A stretch of 63,734 bases of DNA, counting the filler, from Octopus bimaculoides (lineage: Eukaryota), in NCBI RefSeq assembly GCF_001194135.2. It is 8 parts of 8 records of this genome, joined end to end, with 100 filler letters (N's around TTAATTAATTAA, not from the genome) between each part and the next. Parts side by side here need not be neighbours in the genome. Positions count along the whole stretch, not along the records: positions 33,403 to 44,475 come from NC_068981.1; positions 44,576 to 50,063 come from NC_069002.1; positions 50,164 to 55,011 come from NC_068988.1; 5 more parts are not named here. One strand, given 5' to 3'. Under the pieces are notes generated by a model that saw nothing but the letters and a program-made list of their open reading frames with translations, ran no database searches and had not been told where the DNA came from. The position numbers were made by a program, and so were the translations under genes. The number at the start of each line of letters is the position of its first letter. Position 1 is the stretch's first letter. Positions 40,455-50,469 of this stretch are shown one piece after another.

Positions 40455-40558
40455 AAAGGGCTTTCTCTTATTTGAGCTCCCGCCAGTGTTCACCTATTTG
40501 CTTCCCTATGCCATGTGCCGTCTCCTCAATGTAAGTTGTTTTGTTTTTGCTATAGACT
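40455..40558 (-). mobile_element. Penelope-like GIY-YIG fragment, inverted arm
   Basis: Minus translation YIEETAHGIGKQIGEHWRELK* is homologous to the plus-strand arm. Confidence 0.65.
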
Positions 40559-40850
40559 ATAGTCTATAGCTTACGGTGTACTGAAGGACGGTGCAGAAAC
40601 AAAACAACAAATTACATTGGAGGAACGGCACGTAACATACGGGAACGAATAGGTGAACACTCGCGGAAGCTCAAAGAGGATAAAAGCTCGTCAGTGCTCT
40701 TCCAACATGCTCAAGTATAACATAGAGGCTTGGTTAATAACATAAAAGTTAAGGTATTATCAATGCAGACACGACACATAGACAGATTACGGCGGCCACA
40801 CACACTGTAATAGACTGAGCCTCAACAGAAAACACAAATGGAACAATAAC
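40559..40850 (+). mobile_element. Penelope-like element GIY-YIG endonuclease fragment (decayed)
   Basis: Translates IVYSLRCTEGRCRNKTTNYIGGTARNIRERIGEHSRKLKEDKSSSVLFQHAQV*, then frameshifted ..RQITAA..LNRKHKWN; contains the VY..C..C..YIG.T.R....R..EH signature. Confidence 0.75.
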
Positions 40851-41211
40851 ACCCCACCCCACCACTATCACCACCACACCACGCAAAACGACGACTAAAA
40901 GTAGAAGGGGAAAATAAACAAAGAAGAACAAACGAAAGACACAGATACAAAGCGGTAAAATACACACACAAAAGACAAACGTGCACATAATTAGGATGAA
41001 GTATAAGAAATAGCAATAGATAATTAAATAAAAGAACTATATAATGGACACGGATACGAACATTATAGTAAACAAACCTATATGCACACACACAAACACA
41101 CATACAAAACAAATATATATATATATATATAGATATATATATATATANNNNNNNNNNNNAGAGAGAGAGAGAGAGAGAGAGAGATACATAGATAGATAGA
41201 TAGATAGATGA

Positions 41212-41545
41212 AGGCGCATGGCTCAGTTGTTAAAGCGTTGGGCTCACAATCCTGACGTAGTGAGTTCGATTCCCAGACCAGACTGTATATCGTGTTCTTG
41301 AGCCAGACACTTTATTTCACATTGCTCCAGTTCACTCAGCTGTATGAATGAGTTGCGACATCACTGGTGCCGAGCTGTATCGGCCCCTTTGCCTTTCTCT
41401 TGGATAACATCAGGGGCATGGAGATAGGAGGCTGGCATGCATGGGCGACTGTCCTCCACAAACAACCCTGCTCGGACGTGTCCCTTAGAAAGGAACTTCC
41501 AAGGTGCAATACCATGGTCATTTATGACCGAAGGGGTTTTTTACA
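41212..41545 (+). mobile_element. SINE family B
   Basis: Homologous to 6596-6930 across head, core and tail. Confidence 0.8.
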
Positions 41546-41759
41546 CTTTGCCTTTTTTGCCCGCATATACACACATACATATGAGTGTGTGAGTATGTGT
41601 GTAATCTGGGTCTACACAAAAATTACACATCCACTCACAAACATATATATGTGCGTCGAGGGGTGGTGCGTGTGCATGTATACATTCATGCGCGCACACA
41701 CACGCACATCCACACTCACGCATGTGACTGTACGTTAGAGTATATCTGTGCGTGTGGAG

Positions 41760-42122
41760 GGAGTGGAGGCGCGATGGCCCAGTGGTTGGGGCAGCGGACT
41801 CGCGGTCGGAGGATCGCGGTTTCGTTGTGAGTGTTTATTGAGCGAAAACACCTAAAGTTCCACGAGGCTCCGGCAGGGGGTGGTGGCGAACCCTGCTGTA
41901 CTCTTTCACCACAACTTTCTCTCACTCTTTCTTCCTGTTTCTGTTGTGCCTGCATTTTAAAGGGGCCAGCCCTGTCACACACTGTGTCACGCTGAATCTC
42001 CCCGAGAACTACGTTAAGGGTACACGTGTCTGTGGAGTGCTCAGCCACTTGCACGTTAATTTCACGAGCAGGCTGTTCGTTGATCGGAACCCTCGTCGTC
42101 GTAACCGACGGTGTGCCACGAT
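41760..42122 (+). mobile_element. SINE family C
   Basis: Homologous to 7971-8350; head GGAGGCGCGATGGCCCAGTGGTTGGGGCAGCGGACTCGCGG. Confidence 0.8.
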
Positions 42123-42595
42123 ATGTATATATAAAACATATGCGTGTTTACGATCATACATCATTACGTTATCCAAAAGGCAAGGATTTATTAATCACAA
42201 AATAAGAAATGAAAATATTTAAAATACCAATGAATTACGCAAACAGTCTCTTCTTCCATTGAAGATATTCTCTTTACCAAACGGTCTATCAGCAAAAGAC
42301 AGGCGGTTACAGGCTAAAAGAAGTGAAGGGCACTCCATCTTGGAACGGTAAATTACTGCGTCTTTGCACAATGACGTATCAACTAGTCGGGCATCTCATA
42401 GTAACGACGCCGCCTGTTGGACAATACACTTAACATTATGGCCTCATGGGAAATCTGTCAGTCTTGTGAGAGTGGAAGGTCGGCGTGCAAGGATTCAAGA
42501 ATACTCAGACAGAATTGTGTTGGTTGTTGGAATACCAAATGTGGTGAACATTGAGTAGACTCTTGAGAAATGGTTAAATCCGATGTGTCTGTTGA

Positions 42596-42660
<65 letters not shown>

Positions 42661-43177
42661 CATCGTTTCGTTAATTTCTCTGCTTGTCTGTCTGTTTATC
42701 ACCAAATCTGTCTGTGTGTATACACATATATATGTATATACGTATATGTGTATGTTTCTATATATAATAAAAACTGCATATGCATTCGTGAGCATGTGTG
42801 TGTGTGCGTGTATACATATATAAATATGAATGTATATGTGAGTATAGTCTTATGCATACTGCATACATGCGTGCATACATACACCCAACCCATCAGTGCA
42901 TCCATCCATCCATCCATTCATCCATCCATCCAACCAAATTCCGTTCATTCATCCACCCCTTCATCTATACATATATACATGAATACATACATACGCACGG
43001 ACGTACGTACATACATACGCACGGACGTACGTACATGCATACACACGTATGTACATACATACATACACACATACATACACACATACTTGCATATGTACAC
43101 AGTATACATACATATATACGTATATATCTATATATATATGCTCCCCACGCACAAACATAAATCATATATACATACAT

Positions 43178-43820
43178 GCATCAATAAAGTGCAGACATAA
43201 TAGACCGGATATAGTAATCTGGGACAGAGAAGAGAAACTGTGTACAGTAGTAGAAATCAGCTGTCCTGCGGATGTCAACATCCCACTAAAGATTAGAGAA
43301 AAAGAGAACAACTACGCCGAGCTACTGAGAAATTTGCAGATACTCCACCCAGACTACAAGTTCAGATTCATACCCGTGATTGTTGGGGCACTGGGATATG
43401 TAACGAACTGCCTCAACAAAAACCTGGAAAAATTAGGGTTCTCAAAACCTGAAAGAAAAAGGCTGATTAGAAGACTACAGATTCAAGCCATCAATGGAAC
43501 TGTAAAGATATGTAAAACTTTCCAAAAATTTAGCACATAAATACATATGCATGCATCTAGACATAAAAACGCATCCATAAAACAAACATACAAATCTGCG
43601 CATACACTAACACCAAATAGTGCACACACACACATATGCACAAATACCTAGATGATGTTGATAAAAGTTCCAATGAAGGAGCCTTGAATCTATGTTAGAG
43701 TCCGGCTCTTTCTCTATGGACAAGAAATACAGAAATGAAACTGATTGATAACATACATACATACATACATACATACATACATACATACATACATACATAC
43801 ATACATACATACATACATAC
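43178..43820 (+). mobile_element. R4/Dong-type non-LTR retrotransposon 3' fragment (restriction-like endonuclease, 3'UTR, (ACAT)n tail)
   Basis: Open frame to the stop at 43540: [60 protein letters not shown] (PD..E..K..Y RLE motif); (ACAT)n at 43751-43820. Confidence 0.85.
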
Positions 43821-44165
43821 GTAAATAGAAACAGGACATCTATGGAGCATTGATAAGGAATTTACCAATCCAGTATCCAAGATACACTTTCAGCTTCGTA
43901 CCTATTATTTTTGGAGCAGCAGGGTACATGTACCAACCCGCCTGAAGCAAAGTATGGTTGAAGTTGGGTTTGAGGAGGAGATAACGCAAATCCTTAAGTC
44001 ATATGCTACAAATGATGAGGATATCTGGGAGTATAAAAAGTCTGGAAGACCTCCTTAAGATTTACAGGATAACGGTTAAATCAAGATATTTTGCTTCACA
44101 ACCTTGCCACCAAGTCGGTGACCAGGCAAAAGTCACTCTAAAATTAAAAAGAGAAAGACATGAAC
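43821..44165 (+). mobile_element. Second, more diverged RLE LINE 3' fragment
   Basis: KQDIYGALIRNLPIQYPRYTFSFVPIIFGAAGY aligns to KENNYAELLRNLQILHPDYKFRFIPVIVGALGY of the upstream copy; frameshifted afterwards. Confidence 0.7.
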
Positions 44166-45169
44166 GTACATATATACATACGTACATAAATACATCCATA
44201 CATATGCCTGTGTGCATGTATGCCTAATCAATTGACTAACAATAAAGAAGTGGTATCAAGCCAGTGCGAACGTTATTAGTATTGGCATAATGACCCACCC
44301 AAGGCACAGCAAGATTTGTTACAACATAGGAATTCATATCAGGAATTTTGCAAACCAAATACAAAAACGAAGTAGAATATTAAAAATGATTCTGTAAAAA
44401 AAATTCAACTAAGAATTGTCTTTAATATAACGGTTAAAAGCAAAGCTGTTTCATATAAATATATATATTCATATANNNNNNNNNNNNNNNNNNNNNNNNN
44501 NNNNNNNNNNNNNNNNNNNTTAATTAATTAANNNNNNNNNNNNNNNNNNNNNNNNNNNNNNNNNNNNNNNNNNNNTTTCCTTCAAAATTCCTACATGCTC
44601 GTAATGTACACACATCAAGGTATATTTGTAGAAAATTTCACGAAAAAATATAAATTTTCCTGGAAGTTAAGAAGAATTTAAGTGGACTCTGTTGGAATTT
44701 CCGAAAATTGTCCCCCACCCCCATTCCAAAACACTTTCACCGGAAAGTTTTGTATATTCGGATTCTACATAGTAAATACTATATGCATAGAAAATTTCAT
44801 TAAAAAATATTCATTTTTCTGAAAGTTATGACCTCCCAAAGTCTGGGGGGTAAAACCCTGTAGTTATGCCCTTTTATTCCTCTGTTCTTCTGCTTGTTTT
44901 AGTCATTTGACAGCGGCAATGCTGGGACACCGCCCTGAAGAAATTTAGACGAATGAATCGGCTCCAGTACTTTCATTTAAAGCCCGATACTTACACCATC
45001 GGTTTCCTTTGGCAAACCTCAACGTTACGGGAACTAGAGCTATTCTCTTAAAATCAACCATCGTCTTTAATAGAAGTTAATCAGAACCGAAGAAGGTACT
45101 TAAGTGATCTTACTTATTTCGAGGTCAGTGGTATTTATCGTAGTTTCTGTTCTCTCTTTTATTTTTTGT

Positions 45170-46763
45170 TTGGTCATAGATTTTGATTCTCTGCCACGTC
45201 GACAGGAATAGGCATTTCGATTTTCTTCTCAACAAATGAGAAACTGTAGCCTTTTCTCTGCCGATTTCTGATTAAATACCGATGAAACTGTAATATATTA
45301 TCATTTTGATCAGCAGGCAGCCTTTGTGAGATCTTAGATATCAGATCAAGAACTAAGCCATAAGGACCGTCCATCATGCAGTTTTAAATCCAGAGTGAGA
45401 TGTGCTGCAAAGAGATGTTACGGCTCGAATTTGCTTATTCAATTAGCTGTAACTCAACGTCCCGAGGATATCTGGAATCTAACTTCGTGACACATATATG
45501 TTGCTCTGACATGCGTGAAGAAATAGCATCGACGTTTATACGTGATATATGGAAATAATTCCACAATATTTCAAGGAAAATAGGGAGCAATTTTTGCATC
45601 AGAGTGATCTTTTTTATAGGAGTATGCACGGTAATTCATATGTAGCTAGATACACAACATAAGGTGGTCATAAATAAAAAATGTCATTGGCCATATGTCT
45701 TCTGGATTAGGAATCACCTGGATCTGAACAACAATTTCGATTTTGGCATCGATTTTTAGGAATCAAATAGATGTTGGCGTGTACAAAACCAACATATAAG
45801 CATTAGCGTGTTTCAATCCCAAATTTTGGCGTCTCCTAAGATGAACGTTGGCGTAACTTGGGACATAAATTTCATATAGTTTCAAATGACGTTTTCTATT
45901 GACTATTTCACGCACCTGTTGAGTTACAAGAGTTAGTAAATATTGAATCAAATCGTATAAATCATGCTGTTGGTATATATATATATATATATATNNNNNN
46001 NNNNNNNNNNNNNNNNNNNNNNNNNNNNNNNNNNNNNNNNNNNNNNNNNNNNNNNNNNNNNNNNNNNNNNNNNNNNNNNNNNNNNNNNNNNNNNNNNNNN
46101 NNNNNNNNNNNNNNNNNNNNNNNNNNNNNNNNNNNNNNNNNNNNNNNNNNNNNNNNNNNNNNNNNNNNNNNNNNNNNNNNNNNNNNNNNNNNNNNNNNNN
46201 NNNNNNNNNNNNNNNNNNNNNNNNNNNNNNNNNNNNNNNNNNNNNNNNNNNNNNNNNNNNNNNNNNNNNNNNNNNNNNNNNNNNNNNNNNNNNNNNNNNN
46301 NNNNNNNNNNNNNNNNNNNNNNNNNNNNNNNNNNNNNNNNNNNNNNNNNNNNNNNNNNNNNNNNNNNNNNNNNNNNNNNNNNNNNNNNNNNNNNNNNNNN
46401 NNNNNNNNNNNNNNNNNNNNNNNNNNNNNNNNNNNNNNNNNNNNNNNNNNNNNNNNNNNNNNNNNNNNNNNNNNNNNNNNNNTACATTTCTCATTAGTTT
46501 ACGAAAGATGTTCCCATTTTCTTATTTTATGTCGAAACATTCACATCCACCAAACTGCTGATCTTTGCAACAGTGCCTGACTGCCGTTCTTTGTTCCACA
46601 GAACACCATTTGACCAATTTTGCTATCAGTAGATCGCTGTTTGTATTGAGTTAACACACCAATATTCTTTGTTTAGAATCGTGTGAATACATTCTGGTTC
46701 TGCTGTAGCTTTGTCATAGCAGTCAAAACAATACGTTTTTCATATAGAGTTTTAGATGCTGTA

Positions 46764-46795
<32 letters not shown>

Positions 46796-47345
46796 TGTGT
46801 GTGTGTGTGTTTGGCAACAGTGTCATGTCTTAAAGGGAATGTAGAATCTTCAAATCATTTTCGGACAGTTACTGAAGACTTTCCCACAGGGAGAGCAAAA
46901 TCGACATGTTCCGATTCCAGGATGGCAATGGCACAAGTCTTACAGCTGAAATGTGATGCATTTATTTCAGATCCAGAAGAGGTTGCTTTTAATGCTCGTT
47001 GGCATTCTCGAAATTGCCGTATATGTACCAAATGCATAACATTCTTCTGGTATGAGTCGTATACCTGGAGTACTTGTTCATCGATTTTTTTGCCTAGTTC
47101 TTCCTTGCTGAGATTAGTAGCGGAACAGGTAAAAGAAATAAAGGCCGTTAGTTAAAACTCATACGTAATATGCTCTTTTAGATAGTGTTGTATTTCACAA
47201 AATGTCGATAACATAAGTTTCTGTGCGCGGATCAAATGACACGTGTTGAACAGCAAACAATTATGTTTATTCAGGTACCGGTGCAACATGTTATTCAAAT
47301 ATGCAGTGAAATGTGCAGCAAAGACTGATTTTTGACTGTCTGTCA
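45170..47345 (-). pseudogene. Probable MULE/FAR1-like transposase relic
   Basis: Collinear frameshifted motifs LLFNTCHLIRAQKLMLSTFCEIQHY (cf. FDTTY.TN.Y.LP...F.G.NHH), THTRRMLCIWYIYGNF (cf. T.HRLC.WHI..N), YMKNVLF...ECIHTILNK (cf. YMK..F.AGM....SES); a weak SWIM-like remnant at about 45560-45600. Confidence 0.45.
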
Positions 47346-47687
47346 AATGCAAAGTGACAAGCCTTACATATTTGTTTGCGACAGAAATAATAATAATATA
47401 GAAGTCAGAAAACCTTTAAGTAAGAACATTCATTTAGTGTTAACAGTATGGAGAATATTTACGGACAAATGCTTCACCAAAATATATACTTACATTCGTA
47501 CTATTGGTGCAATTAAATTAGCCATATTACTTATTGTTTAAATGGTAAATCTTGGATTTTCAGAACGGCTAAAAGATAATTGTTACCTAAATTTCAGCTG
47601 TAGACTTTTGCTTCTTTGTAAGAAAAAAAACAACAACTTTTGTATTAATGACTCTTGTTGTTATATTTCTCTATCAATAGGCACGTG

Positions 47688-47751
47688 ATGAAAGGCATCA
47701 GTGTCCTATTGTTTTGTATATTCATCTCATACACACTCTCGGTTAAACAAG
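47688..47751 (+). CDS. Candidate first coding exon of a small secreted protein (signal peptide)
   Basis: Acceptor TTGTTGTTATATTTCTCTATCAATAG at 47680, ATG at 47688, MKGISVLLFCIFISYTLSVKQ, and consensus donor CAAG|GTAAGT after 47751 (phase 1). Confidence 0.5.
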
Positions 47752-48306
47752 GTAAGTATAATTAGAAATTTCTTTTATTTTAATTGTAATCTGAAGTGTA
47801 GTGGGAGAAAAGATGGAAAATAGAAAAGCAGAACGGAGGAAAATGAATAACGCTACTTCAGCAGTTTTTCGGATGTACACCATTTATATGCAATTACAGC
47901 TTTTAAATAAATAACTCACTTTTTATATACACTACGCTTAGACCATGTATACGGAATTACGCTTCTTCTATATAATATATAACATTTAATTAACAATATG
48001 ACTAACTAATCTTTTATATACAAATCGGGAAGGATTCAGGTGGTACGATCTCATCTATTACTCCTGTATATGATCAGAACGTAATCACGGACGAAACTAC
48101 ACTAAGTACATTACTCGTCGAGCTAACGATTCTGCTAGTTCGCCGCCGCCCTTAGAATTCTTAATTATTAAAATAATTACAGAATAGAATCAGCAAGTGC
48201 TATATATAATGTTTCATGTGTTTTTTGTTTGTTTTCTTGTCATTCCTTTTTAGTACTCCATTGGTTTTTATCTCCTTTTATGTATTAAAAATACCCCTCA
48301 CTATAG

Positions 48307-48340
48307 TGATGAGCCATATTAAGTGCCTGTGTGAGGAAAT
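48307..48340 (+). CDS. Candidate internal micro-exon (VMSHIKCLCEE)
   Basis: CCCCTCACTATAG acceptor, AAT|GTGAGT donor, open in phase 1. Confidence 0.3.
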
Positions 48341-48394
48341 GTGAGTTCCAGTCGTCGTGATCCTCCATCTTGTTTCAGATGGTGTTATCATAAA

Positions 48395-48560
48395 TACATT
48401 CTCCTCTATTCAATGAATTATTCAACATTATCCTTTATTTAATATTTTGTCCTGTATTTAATACATTATCCTTTATTTAATATTTTATCCTGTATTTAAT
48501 ACATTATCCTCTATTTAATACATTATCCTCTATTTGATACATTCTCCTCTATTCAATGAA
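48395..48560 (+). repeat. About 19-bp AT-rich tandem repeat
   Basis: Repeated TACATTATCCTCTATTTAA-like units. Confidence 0.75.
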
Positions 48561-48660
48561 TTGTCTTTTGATTGCTTCATGGATATTTTGTGTATTTCTA
48601 CACGAAACTTTGGTAAATAGACATCTAATGCTTCCATTTGTATTTTGATATCTCTTTTAG

Positions 48661-48709
48661 ATGTCGCTCCCGTCCATCTAGAGGAAGGAGATTATGTAAG
48701 TTTGAGTAA
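48661..48709 (+). CDS. Candidate downstream exon of the same gene
   Basis: Strong acceptor TATTTTGATATCTCTTTTAG; donors GTAAGT (48696) and GTAAGA (48722); reads DVAPVHLEEGDY in phase 1 or ICRSRPSRGRRLCKFE* in phase 2. Confidence 0.4.
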
Positions 48710-49355
48710 TATGACAAAAAGGTAAGAACAACATGTGCACATATAGAACAATATATGCAACATATAGATAAATAAATAAAAATATAGAATGTTTTTAGCT
48801 CTATCTTTACGCAAGAAATCTTTCAGCATGTAGGGATAATTATATAGAACAAACAGAAAAATAGAATTAAAAAAAAAACGAATGACATTGCATCATGAAC
48901 AAACTCGGTCACTTAACTACAGACAAATATCTTTCAATGGAAATAATACTTGGAATTTTCAAGATTTCTGCTATTTAATATCAGTATAGAGAGAGAACGC
49001 TTGAAAAACAACGTATTAATAAGGTGTGTACATACTTTCAAAAGTATGGGACACGTCAAAATATACAAATGTAAGTACTTGAATTCATGTTTTCATTTTA
49101 TTAATTGAAGAATTTTAATGCTCTGCATCTTAACTTCATGAATGCCGTAAACATATACATATTAAATTATTATTATATAACAACATAAACAAAAACATTT
49201 AGCATCAATTACAAATGCGTTGTATTGTGAAAAACATAAAATCAGTTTATCAAATACATATCGTTAAGTTACCATAGAGGTATTTCATGAACATTTTGTT
49301 AAATATTCTTCTGTATTTTCAGCATGAAGACGCACATATACACCACACACACACA

Positions 49356-49408
<53 letters not shown>

Positions 49409-49452
49409 CACATCACAAACACGCACACAATCACGCGTATATATAGGCTATG

Positions 49453-49493
<41 letters not shown>

Positions 49494-49976
49494 TATATAT
49501 AATTGAAGAAATTGGAGTCAACAAGGAGTACTGTTGGACAGTTACTCTTTAATTACTACAATTGTTTCCACACAACGTAGTTCTCCAAAAATACAGATAT
49601 TTGATTATGCAGCTGTTTGTTTGCATAATGGGAGCTAGTGTTTCCTCAGGTGATATTCTATTGTTGACGCTGTTAGCTTAAAATCTTCGACTTGAAGGCT
49701 AACCCATCTGTCCGTCTTGTTTTAAATTTAGTAACAGTTGGTAGATTCATGTTGTTTACTACCAAGGTGCTTTCCTATGAGTAGTAGTGAATGGCTATTA
49801 CGGTACCGGCTGAAGGCTGACCTGTTCTTCATTGTGGGCCGCGGCATATGTGACCTTCAGTATTCAGTAGTCGGATTCAACATACATACACTCACAGACG
49901 CACACATTCCCTCTACACATAAAGCTATGTATATATATATGCCTATACACACACATACGCTCACACATACATACAT

Positions 49977-50063
<87 letters not shown>

Positions 50064-50332
50064 NNNNNNNNNNNNNNNNNNNNNNNNNNNNNNNNNNNNN
50101 NNNNNNNTTAATTAATTAANNNNNNNNNNNNNNNNNNNNNNNNNNNNNNNNNNNNNNNNNNNNAAACAGGTACCGGTTTCAAATTTAACAATCTTACCTA
50201 GCTGATTAACAATGCACAGCTGCATCCGATATGATTGCGGGAAGGTGAGTGAATCCCTACCATCTCCTAGCAACGGGACCAGTAGACCAGTCCTGGTTTC
50301 GGGCTATTTCTGCCACACGCTCCGTACTGGAC

Positions 50333-50465
50333 TGAATATTCCTGTCGCGACTCCTTTCATTCTAGTTTTCCACATGCACTCTTTCAATACTACAACTGTG
50401 CATAAGAAACATGCCTCACTTTTCTCTGATAGTCCGGGTGGCGATGCAATCTTAATCATGCACTC
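50333..50465 (-). repeat. 133-bp copy of ORF2 segment 50802-50934
   Basis: Direct repeat with one visible mismatch (GATGCAAT vs GATGCAGT). Confidence 0.9.
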
Positions 50466-50469
50466 TGCT

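Noticed and set aside
40531-40556. Apparent splice acceptor (pyrimidine tract plus TAG) before the GIY-YIG frame
   Set aside because: The tract is the reverse complement of AAACAAAACAAC from the other arm of the inverted duplication.
42250-42590. GC-richer block with few stops in one minus frame
   Set aside because: Only vague similarity to a LINE C-terminus; several stops and no diagnostic motif.
49323-49502. His-rich exon HEDAHIHHTHTH...
   Set aside because: After about 20 nt it is pure (CA)n/(TA)n; more plausible as 3'UTR or intron than as coding sequence.
49540-49860. Possible Penelope endonuclease C-terminal remnant on the minus strand
   Set aside because: The resemblance (QRQQ..H...LHN) is too weak and interrupted by stops to support a call.
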